In this document: positions 10,889-24,279 of the stretch, one piece after another
Numbering within the stretch: the stretch's first letter is position 1
Layout of the letters: each line of letters starts with the position of its first letter
From: Microbotryum violaceum
Lineage: Eukaryota
DNA length: 64,000 nt
NCBI GenBank assembly: GCA_001244265.2
Contig: CDLV01000013.1
Coordinates: forward strand, 1,054,001-1,118,000
Direction of reading: 5' to 3'
Program-made: the position numbers and the translations under genes
The notes under the pieces: generated by a model
What the model was told of the DNA's origin: nothing
Databases searched by the model: none
What the model saw: the letters and a program-made list of their open reading frames with translations, nothing else

Positions 10889-13207
10889 ATGTCGCTCAAT
10901 CCTAGCGGGAATCCGAGCACGGCCTCGTCGCTGCCTCCCCCTCCGGCCGCCTACGAAGGTCAGTTCCTAAGTCTCACCCGCTTCAGGCACCTCAAACCTC
11001 AATTTTTTCTCTTCATCCGAGTTCTCTCGTATCGACTGCCCTGATTACTTCCGGGTGCCTCCTCTCGATCTGGGCCGATCCACCACCCCTTTCGAACTGA
11101 GTCGTGCGGTGGGGCTACGGTGCGAATACGCCACGCCACACCCACACGCTCAGGCCCTAAGTAGCGCCGGCGACCTTGCGCGTGTCTCGCGTCTCGATCG
11201 CCCCCAATTAGGCTCTTCGGAATAATACTCCGAGTCTGCAGGGATTCGGCGGGCGACCGCGCTGAACGTGCTACGTTAATGGGCTGGCTCGGCACACGTG
11301 ACCCGACCAGAACATCCCACTGCATCCTGAGCCGTCTTTTACCGAGGCTGCTGCGGTTCATCATTTTGATGTGCATGCCCATTCTCTCCTCATGCCCCGA
11401 CTGACTTAGCACGATGGGAAAAATCGGCTGTCGGCTAGTCTGTCGTCCTTAGCCTCGGGAACTCGGCGTCCAGCAACGACTGGAGACGCCCGCACGGCTC
11501 GGCACTCGGGCTGCTTGCGCTGATCCGTCCCCAATTCTCGATCTAGCATCGTGCGTCCGCCTGGCACTGGCACTGACCACGGTTCCCTCTTTTTCTTCTT
11601 CTTGCTCCTCTTCGACAGACTTTGAGTTTTCCTCCCCATTCGATTTCGACTTCTTCCCCTCCACATCCACCAATACATCTGGCCTCGATTCCCATACCAC
11701 ATTGCCACTTCAACACCCTCACCTGGCCTCAGGATCCCTTCACGGCGAATCTTCTTCAGCCGCCAGTATGCTCGGCGCATCGGGACTATCGTCGCATTCG
11801 AACGCACCCTTCACCTCGAACCCCTTCTCGCCACAAAACATAGCCTCTCCACCGTCACACTTTTCGAGCCTCACTTCCCCACCTTCGAGCGCAGTACCTT
11901 CGACCTCGTCGAACGCGCTCTTTACCGATCCTTCATCTTCCTCAACCGTGCCCGCTCATCGAACCTTCCTCCCCTCCCCTCCACCTCCACAAGAACTTTC
12001 TACCTCCATAAGTGCCGCTCACTCCTCAATTTCGCTGAATCCGTCCCCCCTCTTCGACGACTCCGAATCGGCCCTCCTCTCCTCCTTCCTAACAACCCTT
12101 GACGTTGACCCCTTTTTCCTCTTCAACCCCGTACTACCTCCCAGAATGCCTTCCCCGCCTTCGAGATTTCCTTTGGATGAAGGGGGCAAGAAGGAACGCG
12201 ATCGGTTGGGGTTTGGTTTAGGAAGCATCAAGTTGGAGAATCGGGAGAAGCAGGGTGAAGAGACGACGAGTAGGGAAGGGGAAGTTGATACTGAGGATGG
12301 GGAAGGGGAGGATCAAGCGGGGGAGGACAGGGAAGACGAAGAAGAGGAGGGGACACCGACTGATCGAGCGCGGTCGAGTGGTGTCGTGGTTGGGAGAGGG
12401 GGAAAACGAGCGAGTGGAACAGGGCAACGCGGGAGAGGGGGGTTGGCTAAGGGGAAGAAGGCGAGGAGGGCGTCCGTGAATGAGAGTGAGGCGCAGGACG
12501 TCGAGATGGTAGAGGTTGCTTCGATGACGTCGTCCACGGGTAGAGGAGCAAGAGCCGTGAGGTCGACGAAGGGGAGTGGGGGGATGGGGTCGGGCTCGAG
12601 GAGATTGTCGAGTGGTGCTAGGAGTAAGGACGCGGGTCGATCGATCACACCTCTTGAAGCACTGTCAGGTGGACGACAGGACGAGCGCCAAGCCACAGAG
12701 GAAGCAACGGTGGAAGGAGCTGACGACCCACCACCACCACCGCCAGAAGTTGAAGAAGGCGACGAACTCGAAGACGAAGAGCACAAAAACGTTGAAGATG
12801 ATGACGACGACGACTCAAAAGCCAACAAAGCGCCGTTAACGGATACGCAGAAACGATCGAACCACATCGCTTCGGAACAGAAGCGACGAAATGCTATTCG
12901 GTCAGGGTTCAAAGATCTCGTGGACCTCTTGGCAGCTGGTGAAGCCGCATCGGGGATCGTTGTCGCTCCTCCTGAAGTCCAAGCGGCGAACGATGTTTTG
13001 AACGGAGGCAAGAAGAAACGAGCTTCTAAAGGGACTGGAAGGGGAAGAGGGAGGAAAGGTGAAGTTGCGGCTGGGGGTTCAAAGTCCGTGGTGTTAGAAA
13101 AGGCCGCGGCATATATCCTCTGGTTGGAGAGGGGGAATCAGGCGCTGACGGCGGAGGTCAAGAGGATCGAGGTGAATATGAGACAGATGGGGATTGGGAC
13201 AGTGTAG
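10889..13207 (+). CDS. bHLH transcription factor (Ino4/Mlx-like)
   Basis: QKRSNHIASEQKRRNAIRSGFKDL...SKSVVLEKAAAYILWL; proposed exon 1 at 10889-10958 splices in frame to 11619. Confidence 0.8.
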
Positions 13208-13380
13208 TAGATGGCCCCAGTGGTTTCAGCCTTCCCACTGGTAGCAGTAGCAGTGCGTTCTTTAGGTATGCGGATGTTGAAGTTTCTTTTTGTTGTGTCA
13301 TTCAATTTAAACAAGTGCACAATCCTCCGCCCACTGACTATATGGCGTAACATACGAATACAGTGCGCCTCATTGCAAAT

Positions 13381-13642
13381 TCACACCAACCACCCCTGAC
13401 ATTCGACCCTCGCTCTCAACCTCCATCTATCATTCTCTCCCTCCTCATCTCCTCGTCTCAAAGCCTCACGCAATGATTCCCATTGAACAAAGAAACGATC
13501 CACGAAGGGTCGGACCAAGCGGGCTGAGGCGGAGAGACGTCTTGTGCGAGCTAGGGACTCGATGTAGATCAGTCCGGGGGAGGGGAGGGCTAGGAGCTTT
13601 TGGAACAGAGCATGAGCAATCGTCAGCCCGACTCGCAAGGAC

Positions 13643-13673
<31 letters not shown>

Positions 13674-14414
13674 GTTCTCACGACAACTGACCCTAGGTAA
13701 GAAACACGCCAGCGCGATCGGCACACAACTTCCCGGACCATTCAACAACACGACATCGGCGAAGACGAAACGAGGTGAACGCTGGATCAGAGGTGCGATG
13801 GTGATGAACCGCAGACAGTATAAGAGGGAGTAGAGGGTCGTGAAGGGGGAGGTGAGGTATGATTGGTGCACTTCGCGCGCTCGTGGGATGCGGAAGATGG
13901 TGAACTGGGGTGGGAAAAACAGGCGGGGGCGGGGTGGGGGTCAGCGATTGAGGAGAGGACATGTGGGGGTAAGGGGCACAAAGAGCCAAGGCCGAGGTCA
14001 CACTTACGTGACCACCATTGATCGACTCTTCAAGGGCCAATGCCTTATCCTCTGACATCTTGTCGCCCATCCCAATGAGATAAGTCCGCGTAGAATAGCG
14101 ATCCCAGTCGACCCCCGAGAGCAAGCGCATCATCTCAGCCGTGTGTCCACCTGTAAGACCACAAGGTTCAGAAATGTAGACACAGCCTACCGTGCGCGCC
14201 ACATATGCCCCTTCCTGATGGACTAACCTGACCCCAGGAAGACGGCCAGCGAGGCTGGTTCGTCAGGTTGACGAAGGGGTCGTCGTCGTTTGCGATGAGA
14301 GGATGATGACGTGTTGGCGTGCGTCGTTCGGATAACCCATATCAGTCGGATGATCCCGAGGGTAATCAATAGGATCACGGCTGCCAGTAATTCTAGCCAT
14401 CGCCGGAGTTCCAT
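13381..14414 (-). CDS. ALG14: UDP-GlcNAc transferase subunit ALG14
   Basis: N-terminal TM segment, VFLGSG/GHTAEM, IPRAREVHQS, LLNGPGSCVP, IYIESLART, FFVQW. Confidence 0.92.
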
Positions 14415-14648
14415 CCTTGAAAAGGGAGCTCGAGCGTAAGCAACAGTCGGGGCTGAGGAGAGGCAGAGCAAAAGGGGGTCGCTTGTTCATAAGAATGGTT
14501 TTGGTCTAGCTTCGTCCGGTGAACATCTGTGAGTTTACGGCGCGAGCACATAGTGTAGAATGCAACGACAACAGACAAACTTCGAAAACAAGATAACATC
14601 TGAACAGACAGAAATATACCTATCCTAAAGTGGCCCATAAAATCCATC

Positions 14649-16979
14649 TCACCGCCCATCAATCTTGCCACCCCCAACAATACTCGGTCTCCTCAGACCC
14701 CCGCCATGCCCATGCGTGCTCAACCCCAGCCCACTCGAAGGTCTCCTAGCTCCACTCGGGGCGATACTAGTCCCTAGCATTCCGTTCCTCGAACTGGGTC
14801 GTCGAGCCTCGATAGCTGAAGACGGTCTTCCGACTCCTGAACTGGACGTGTTGGAAATAACCGAGGACGGTCGTGCCGAACTGGACCCACTCCCCGTTTC
14901 GTAGCTCGCTGCAGGAGCTCTTCGAGCTCGTGTCGAGGTTGCGAGGTGGGGTGCACCCCAAGGAGCTCTAGGTCGGGAATGTGGACCTGCGGAGGAAGGT
15001 GTCGGTGATCGCGAGTCACGCAGGGAAGGCGTTTCGAACCTCGTTGACATCCCTAAACCGTTCGCCGAGGTCATCAAGGTCGTCGTCGCCGTCGATGCCG
15101 AGAGGCTCGATAACCGCGAAGGGGGTCGTACAGGGATGCTCGTCCGACCTAGACTGATCCTCATCCCTGACCGGGAGGGCGGTCGCGTACTCTGGTGTGT
15201 AGATCGTTCCTCCTCCGCCGAAGTCCGATTCGATCGAGAACTGGTCCGGCCATGCCTCATCCTCTCTACCGCACTCGAAGTACCACTCGATCCAGAAGTA
15301 ACGCTTCTCCCCAAGGTACTTGCCGACGAGACGGTCAGCCTCCGCGCCGTCGTACTCCTCGTCAGCGAATTCGCACCACCAGGGCTTCCAAAGCTCGCTC
15401 GAGGGATCCCACTTGACGTGCTGTTCACGCTCGAGAGGTTGCGCCTCGAATCGAGTCGAGATGTCAGTTGTCGTACACGATCGGTCATGTCCCTCATATC
15501 TCGGATCATCCCGTCGGCTCGCTTCTCTCGCACCGATTTAGGCGTTCCGATTCGAGATGGTGCTGATGCGGCGGCAGTGTGGGCGAGATCTCGCATTGCG
15601 GTGGACCAGGCAAGGGCAGCACCACTACCACTTGACGGTCGATAGGCGGCTGGGATGTCGGGGACGGGAGGTGGAGGCGAGGACAAGACGGGGGTGCCGA
15701 AAGCGTCGGTCGAGGAGTAAGATGCCGACGCAGACGCGGACGCAGACGCAGATGCGGAAGAGCGAGACGAAGGAGTCGCCAAACGTGCTGGCGTCGGGTT
15801 GACGAGTGATATGGACGGAGGATAGAAGGGGGTCGTCGAAACGTTGGACAGTGGGTTCGCCCTGGTCGGAGTCGCGAACGCATCATGATCGGCTTGTCCG
15901 AGCTGTTCTGGGTCGCTCGTCGGGGCGGGTTGCGTAGATGGTGTGGTGCGCGTTGGTGTGATTGCTCGCGGATATGCTGGTGGGTATGTGGTCACCGCTT
16001 GCGATCGCACGATAGCCATCTCCTCGTGTAGGTCTGCGAGCGAGAGCAGGGGCTCGAATCAGATTCTTCGCCTGCGCCTGATGATTCCAGTCCCTGGCAC
16101 GTACCTCTTAGCTCATCCTTCAATCGCTGTACTTCCTCGTCGAGCTGGGCCTTGTTGACGAGCTCCTCTTCGAGCAGTGCAATGCGTTCGATCGACTTGC
16201 CGTATCGATTCTCGAGATCCTGCAGCGACGAGTCTTTTTCCCTTCGCGACCGCTCAGGAAAAGAGACGGGCTCAGCCCCTGATGGCAATAACAAATCAAA
16301 CTAGCCCGTGTTTTTCTCACCTCTCGGCCTTTTCGAGATCGTCATTGTCAAGTTCCATGTCCCGAAGCTTGGTTCTGAGCTGCTTCTCGGAGGTGCGTAG
16401 GGATTCGAGCTCGCGTTGCATGTGTGTCATGGTGGCGGTGTGTTCACGCAGCGCGGTTGTATACTTGGTCTGTAGGGTCAATACTTGTGATCAGTAATGG
16501 AAACAATTCGGTTTGGCAGATGCCACATATCGCAGACGCGACGCGACACATGAGTTGAGTGATCCAGCGTCGCCTCGTCGAGCAACCGATGGACGGCCTC
16601 CTTGATGGGGATAGCTCATATTCACATTCCCATGGAAGCATGATGATCAGAACCATACGTGGAGTGGCACTCACCTTCCACTGCTCGACATCAGTCCTGG
16701 CCTCATCCAAGCCCCTCCTCATCTCCTTTTCGCTCTTCTCCATCCTCACCAGTTCCTGCTCGAGCTCATCCTGCAGTTCCTTGGACGACTCGGTAAACTC
16801 CTTGATGTCATCATTGGCGTCGGTGAGTTGGGATTGCAACGAGTCAACGAGGTCGCGGTAGTGCGCGATCGCTGCCTCGGGCGAGCTGAACGATGACCTG
16901 TGAAAAAGGTTCTTTGTCTTGGTCAGCTGAGGTGTGCTAGAGCTAGAGCAGGGTCCCGAACCCACTCTTCGTCCGCCAT
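14649..16979 (-). CDS. nudE: Nuclear distribution protein NudE/NDE1 homolog
   Basis: Coiled coil (DIKEFTESSKELQDELEQEL; SLQDLENRYGKSIERIALLEEEL; EVQRLKDELR) plus Ser/Arg-rich tail. Confidence 0.88.
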
Positions 16980-17693
16980 CGCGGAGGAGACTCGCGAAGT
17001 GCGCTTTCGGAGGCGAGAATGAACAACGTATAAGCACCTGAACGAAGGACAAGCGAGCAGACGGGTCGATGCGGCGTTCGTCGCCGCGGCCCGTGCGCAG
17101 AACATTTCGGCGCGTCTCTAACCACCGCTTGTCCAAAGGAGCTATTTGACCTACCTAAGCGTCACATGCCTCCTACGCCCCCACTAACCCCACCGCAGCC
17201 AAAGCTTCGCAGCCAGAACTAGCGGTCGGTCCGACGGCCGAGACGGCGAGCACAGCTGAGGCTGATCGTCCCCCACTTTTGATAGGGCCCACCGGTCTGC
17301 CCAGTCCGACTTTTCCACCCTTCTCACACCTCTGTCTCCACCCTTCACTTTCGTCTGGCTCTGGCACCTGTCCCTCGAACCATACCGGCGTGTAACGTTG
17401 ACGCGCTCAACTCGACTCGGCCGACGATCAGTGATCATCGATCAGCGCTTCAGCGCTACTAACCAGCACCCTGACCGCCCAATCTCGAACCTCCGCCAGT
17501 GGGAAGTGCTTGTGTACAGCATTCAATTTTGTCAGCATGCCCCTGATGATCATCAACCCAAACACCCGAGTGTGTGAGTCATCCTTGCTCTCGCTGGCCC
17601 ACCAGGCTGGAGGCTGCAGTGGAAGCTTCAAGCTTCAAGTCTGCCGGACCGCCGGTGCCCCCGCCAGAAGCTAAAAATACCCGCTGCGTAACT

Positions 17694-20225
17694 ATGCTTT
17701 GGCGCGCATGTTCAGGGGCTTACTCGGTGCTCGTCGCGCTGTCGGGATGCTTATTCGGAGGAGATACTGGATCAATCGGATCCATCACAGTGAGTGGACA
17801 CTGTAACGTCAGTTTCAGCCAGTCTCGTAATCGAACTGATCGCGCGAGCTACCCTCCTCACCCCCACTTGGGAACGTCACATGCTTTTTCGCTGGCACGA
17901 ATAGGAGATGCCTCAATTCATCGCCCACTTTGGTCAACTCTCGGAATTGTGAGTGCAGATTCTTATCTTCAAGAAGGCGAAACTCAGTGGATCTACGTCA
18001 CGAGCAGAGTACTGAAGAGGTCCTCCCTACTCCTTCCAGTCTCCGAGGTTTCACCGTCGCCGTGATCCTCATTCCCTCCGCTATCACAGGCATGTTTGCC
18101 GGATCTGTAGCCGATCGCATAGGACGCAAGAGGACCATCTCACTCGGTTCGCTCATCTTCGCTGCGGGAATGGGTATGTGTGTGGTCGCACCCAACTTGA
18201 CGGTGCTCATCGTTGGGAGGTGTGTCGCGGGCAGTGGAGAGGGGCTCTTCTTGAGCGCGGGCAACGTTTACTTGTAAGATCGGCTTCGAACTCGCAGTCA
18301 AAGTGTACCAGTCCCAAGCTGTTAACTCATTCAGATCATGATCTTTGTTCTAGGTGCGAGATTTCGCCCAAGCACATTAGGTAAGCACCTTCGTACATAT
18401 GCGAGTGCTGATGGTCCGACTTTGGCCAAGCTGATCGCGTGGCACCTTCCGAGCAGAGGTCGAATCATGACAATGTATCAAATGCACGTCAATGGTGAGC
18501 TCCTATCTCTTCGAATTTAACGCATCTTCCCAAATCTGGCTGACATCGGTCCAATTGAATTAAATCAGGTGCACTTGCGATTGGATTCTTCGTCTGTTAT
18601 GGCTCGATCCAGATTCAAAGGCGAGGCTTGCACTGCATTCCGCTCTGATTAGGACTTGAAGCTAAAATCAAATAAGCAACTCACAGCTCCTTGGCCTGGC
18701 GACTACCGATGATCGTCTCGACCTGCGTCGGCTTGATCGCCGGACTTGGTTCGCTTTTCCTCCTCCCCTACTCGCCGCGATGGCTGGTGTCACAAGGACG
18801 GACTCAGGAAGCGAAAGCTGTCCTGGCTCTGATTACGGAACACAGTGAGGAGGAAGAGAGGAAGGAGTTGTTGTCGTTGCCTCCGAGAGGTGAGAAGACG
18901 GGCTGGATCGACATCTTTCGTAGAGGAGTTCGAGGCAGGACAATTCTCGGAGCATTCTTGAATGTGGGTCGTTTTTTTTTCGGGCTTCATTTGTGGTTAC
19001 GGATGAATTGATGCTCTCGGACAGACCGGAGGCTAAGCGCTTGCTCATCGAATCATATAGGTCTTCCAACAACTCAGTGGTATCGATTTTGTGTTGTTCT
19101 ACGCGCCTCTCCTCTTCACTCAAGCCGGTCTCGACCCCAAGACCTCGGCTTTCGTCGCTTCGGGTGTGACAGGTCTCGCCCTGTTCGCGACGACCGCACT
19201 GGCGGCGACTTGGGTCGACAAGATTGGGAGGAGGACATTGTTCATTGTGAGTCCGGATTCGAGAACATAAATCCTATTATAACATCCCCACCTCATGACA
19301 CTGACTATTCGTTCATTAATTCATAGTGGGGTGGACTTGCGATCGCCATCTGTCATGCATGTATTGGATCACTCTGTAAGCGCACATGAAGCGATGTATC
19401 TAGTGGATTGATCTGACCCCTATCTTTGCATCGAACTTTCAGATGCATCTGGTGCCGCCTACACCGAAGGTGGCAAGTGGGCGATCGTCACCCTGATTGA
19501 ATTGTATACCATCATCTTCGCCGGAACGTGGTCGCTCGTCACTCGCCTGTACAGCACGGAGATACAACCGAGTCGTACAAGATCACCGGCTTCTTCATTC
19601 TGCATCGGTGTGAATCAGCTGGTCAATACGCTCGTGGCGTTGACGAGTCCGGCTTTCCTCGCCAAAAGTCCATTTGGTGAGCTCTCTCGACCTGACCAGT
19701 GAGACTGCTGATGGTGGAGTGGTCCGTAGGCTGACCGCCGAGTCAATGTTTACAGGTCCTTACTTCTTGTACGGTGGTTTATCTGCTTTTGCCACCGCTG
19801 TAGCTTATATCTACATGTGGGTTGGCAACCAGCTGTGCAGCGCAATGGGATGTGCTCGCTGACTCGCGGACCTGACCTACTTCCGCAGGCAAGAGACGAT
19901 CGGCAAATCCCTCGAGACGTAAGTCGTTCCAAGCCATCCTTGATGATGGCTTCCTGACTGACCACCATCTCCTTCCGTTCGCTCCTATAACAGCATCGAC
20001 TCCTCCTTCCACGAGTCCCCCACCGCAGTCACGTGGCCCCCATCGCTCCTACGCACCGGCGCTCGTCGCACCCAAGCCGGCGCTCGTCGATCCTCGCGAC
20101 GAAGAAGCTCGGCCGCCCATGTGGACGAGAATGGCAAGCCGACGTTCCCCGGTAATTATGCCATGGAAAGGTTGGGGAGTAGTAATGGATCGGCAGGATT
20201 GCAGGGGAGCGCAATCGAGGACTAG
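17694..20225 (+). CDS. MFS sugar porter family transporter, many short exons
   Basis: LFGGDTGSI, ADRIGRK, GRCVAG, CEISPKHIRG, AWRLP..PYSPRWL, FQQLSGID, WVDKIGRR, TEIQPSRTR, ETIGKSLE. Confidence 0.9.
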
Positions 20226-21647
20226 AGGGGGGGAGTTGGAAGTGACCTCGTTCGTATGTGCAGGGGTAAAGTCGTTCAGGGTGGACTGAAAGACCAGGCT
20301 TGAAGCTGTGACTCTTGTGCTAGCGTCACAACCGTATATATATATACTCTCCTAAGTAAACTGTGGAATGACACTGCCTTGTATACATAGTAAATGTCTT
20401 CGGTCAGCTCGGCCCTTTGTATTCGTCCGAAGCCAGAGTCCGCAATCGGCTGATCGATGTAGATGACCAGAGATGAATTTCATCCCACCGAATCGTCGGG
20501 CCAGTATGGAACAGAGATTGACTCGTCATCCCTACCTACTGGGCAATTCTGACGACAACGCGACGGGAAGACGCCTCGAGACCCGCGGCCCCCGACGGGG
20601 ATCGTTTAAGCGCCCGGCGGCGACCGCGCCAAGCTCGTACGCCCGGCCCAGCCGATCCAGTCACTTCGCCGAGGGACGTATAGGTACCTACCTACGCAGA
20701 ATGAGCCCGATTGAACACAACTTGATTGATCCGGCTTCCAGCTCCGCTGGATTTCGACTCTTGAGGACTTGCGGTCCTTCCGATTCAGTTCGGCGGCGTT
20801 TGCGCGCGGACCAAGCTGGGAGAAAGAAAGCCCCTGTTCGAACCGAGCAAAGGATCAAACCCCTTATTATGAAGGGTGCTGGCCACTACTCATCACGTAA
20901 ATTTATTTATATTTATCCTACATCCTGCCCAAGACCTACTCAGGACCTGGTACCTTCACGACACGTTGCCATTACAGCGTGTTCGACAAAGTTCCATAAC
21001 GGCCATGCCGTTCTTGAGTCAAGAACGCAGGCAGGCAGACGCCAGCGATCCTGATGCCGAGGCTCCCGAGGCCGGCGTGATCTCGCTCGGGCTCCACGAA
21101 AAGGCCGGCGAGTGGGTGCGACTGGGCAGGGAAACACTCGGGCAGGTCGGACGGAAGGCTTAGGTAATCGCTGTTCCACATGGTTCCATCGACACGCGCG
21201 CCTAAACCCTGTTCCTTTGTTGACGTGTCGCATTGGCCGCTTGACTGATCAACGTCATGACCAAATCCGATGATTGGCTCGGGCTTTCGCGCGCGGCGGA
21301 GCACCACCACATGGCTGAAAATGGAGCAGACACGGTGGTACACTTGACTCGACTCGCAGTGTTGATCGTCCTCACGTAGGTTCATTTCATCGACACTGTA
21401 CTCAATTGCATCGTTTGTTTCTCCTATATATTCTTGGACCGTGCATCACGCACTCGAACTCCCAGACCTTCTGCCAGGTCTACCACCCTATTCCCCCGAC
21501 ACCACTGCAAATTGATCGATAGCGGTCGCTCGGCTCAGCTTTCGGTTCTCCCCGGACTTTCGGTCCTCCGTTTCCTCTTCCCGCTCCTGCATTCGAGCCA
21601 GCCCACCTTCGCCTCATAAGGAATCAACGAACTGAGACTCAAGAATC

Positions 21648-23284
21648 ATGTTCTCTTCTTTCTTGTCGTCAAAGCCCAAGATCTCCGTCACGCTCGCTCA
21701 GGAGGCCACCTACGTTCACCCCTCGGCGGTCGAGGACTCTGAACTCTGGCAAGAGAATCTCCCGTCGCCTGATCCTCTCCTCTGTGGGACCGTCTTGTTG
21801 TCTTTGGCAAACCAGAGAGCCTTTGATCGGATAAAGGTGGTTCTAGAAGGACTTTCTGATGCGTTTGGTGAGTTCATTAGAACATTAGCACGCTCAATAT
21901 CTGAAAGAGGTCACTGAAGTTTCCGAAGCGCCCCTCATCATCACTGACCCTACACCTCATCACCTGTTTTGTCCCAGGTGGAGGCTCCAGCCCCTATGAA
22001 ACGCGGACGACAATACACAAGGAAGTATGTGTCGAACTTGGTGGGGAGGTTCTGCCAGCAGGGAACCACGCGTGAGTCCCCCTTTCCCCAGCGCAATCCT
22101 CCAGAACTTTCAGCACTGACACACGCTCTGAGTTCAAACGTTCTTCAAGATACAACTTTAGCTTGATCATTCCTTCCAACACAGCCATCCATCAAAGATG
22201 CAACTATGGTCGCGTCAGACATTTTGTCAAGGCGACAGGCTACCTCTCGGGTACGCTCGCAGGATCAATCACCACACCTCCTGTCGCGTTCTTCGTTATC
22301 GCAAACCCCAGCAGGCCGGGGGAGCTTCCGTTACCGACCAACATCGACATCCAATATGTCAACGAACATCTTGGTCCGGTTGGAGTCCAGATCAACTCGC
22401 CCCATCTCACCGTGGCCAGTCTCCTCTCTGTACGAGTGGCCCTCCCGTCCCCGCCGGCTCCTGTCGAGATCAAGTCGATCAACTCGAGCATCCACCAGAC
22501 TTACGAAGTTCACTACGCCGACGGCCGAATATCGAGACCACCCGTTGAAAAGCATCTGTTGACCAAAGTCAGCATGCGAGCATCACCTTCTCTATCGGTG
22601 CCGATCTGCACAACTGAATGTGGGACCGAGGCGCCCGAGTCGTCGACCGCCAGCGGCCCCGAGCCCGCCCAGCGCTTTCTTAGCAGACCTCTGACGAGGG
22701 ACCCCACGGGTACCCCGTGTTGTCCTCCGAGACCCGACAGCCCGGAGTCGGATCCTCTTCCACTTAGTCTCCTAAAGGGCCAGGAAGATGATTTCGTCTA
22801 CCACCGCATGTTCCGGTGTCCAACGGATGACCTCGTACGACCTACGACTCTCGCAGGATGCAATGACAGTCCAATCAAGGTGTCGCATGCCCTCGTCATC
22901 GAAATACAGTACCGGCTTGTCGACCAGCCCGCCGACGTACCCGATTACGTCCTGACGATCCGAAAGCCGATTCAAATCACATCTTGCTGCTGCCTGTGGG
23001 ACTCGCTGCTGTTACCGGTCTACGCGCAAAAATCTCCCAAGATCGTCAAGCGCCCGCTACGAGAAGCGTGCATGTGCACCTACTCACTCGAAACGATGCT
23101 GGATCGGGATGGCGAGGCTTTGCAGAGGGCTGGCTCGATCGAGTCGTCGTCTGGGGAAGCAAGGTTCCTTGGCTCAGCTCGGTCACTCAAGTCCCCATCT
23201 TATAGTGAGGCATCGTCTTATGCATCCTCTTTGGTCGAGGAGCCAAGTCCAGGGGCTCAGGATGGAGGAATTGACGGGCACTAG
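21648..23284 (+). CDS. Arrestin-like (alpha-arrestin/ART adaptor) protein, copy 1
   Basis: GTVLLSL..IKVVLEG, CNYGRVRHFVKA, IKVSHALVIEIQY, LPVY (LPxY) motif; two introns near 21868 and 22072. Confidence 0.7.
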
Positions 23285-23931
23285 GATGGCCTAGTGCTTA
23301 GGTGTCAATCTGCAATAGTAGAGGGAAAAGGGCCTGATCTGGCACATTCCGGCCGTAATTTTATTATACAAGTGAAGACACCTGTGCTGCCCTGTTGTGT
23401 GAATTATGGACGAAACGGGTGGGAGCTAGCACTCTTCAGATTCTGCGGCTGGTGGACTTTTCTTTTCTTTTCTCTAATAGTCATACTTGTATAAATGCCT
23501 AGAAAATTTAAGCGCACCGTCTGGACTGGAGGAATAATTTGCTCCACCGCATAACCAAACTGTCGCCGTTTTCTTGGGCGTATCTTCGTTTTTCGCCGAC
23601 TATATTGAACTACAAGAAGCTTTATGTGAAGTAAAATTCTGTCCCTTGTTACTTCATTAGCTCCACTCGAGGTCCAGCGCCCAAAAGTATGTCCTTTTCG
23701 TGTAGGCTAGCTGGAATTTGTTTCTCATTCTCATTCCATCCTCCACTCGAATGATCCAGACGCGCCGCCAAGCGCCGGGCATCGCGCTCATGGATTGAAT
23801 ATCTTTCCATCGCAGTCCTTTTACGTCGCTCAGCTGAATTACCGATACCCCGCCGCCGGTGCCTTATGCTGAGGGACTGAACTCGATCGTCCACCCACGG
23901 GCGGCGGAACCTTCCGTCGAACCTCGTATTA

Positions 23932-23965
23932 GAAGCCGTCGAAGCCGTCGAAGCCGTCGAAGCCG
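23932..23965. repeat. 9-bp tandem repeat (GAAGCCGTC)x~3.7
   Basis: Directly visible, between the two arrestin-like genes. Confidence 0.85.
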
Positions 23966-24279
23966 GCAGAGTTTTCGCGGAACATCTCCGATCTGGATGT
24001 GCAGTGTTCAGATGTGACCTTATCTAGCCACCCTCGTATTTCGCCTTATCCTCGCTCTTTTCTTTCATCGGCCGTGCTGCAAAGCTTCAAATTTCCGCCC
24101 GTATACCCGTCATCCTTCTAGGCGGGCTCCGAGAAGCGTCGCTCAGGCACGCATCGCTTAGAACCCTGCCGCCAATCACATACTAATCGTTCACCTTTTT
24201 TGGACCAGTTCTCACTGGGTTTGCTGCCGCTACGGTGCATCTTCCCTTTCCTTCTCACTGTCCAAAGCTGCTTGCGAAC

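Noticed and set aside
20031..20045. Suspected frameshift in the MFS C-terminal tail
   Set aside because: Recount shows five Cs, and the frame is intact to TAG 20225
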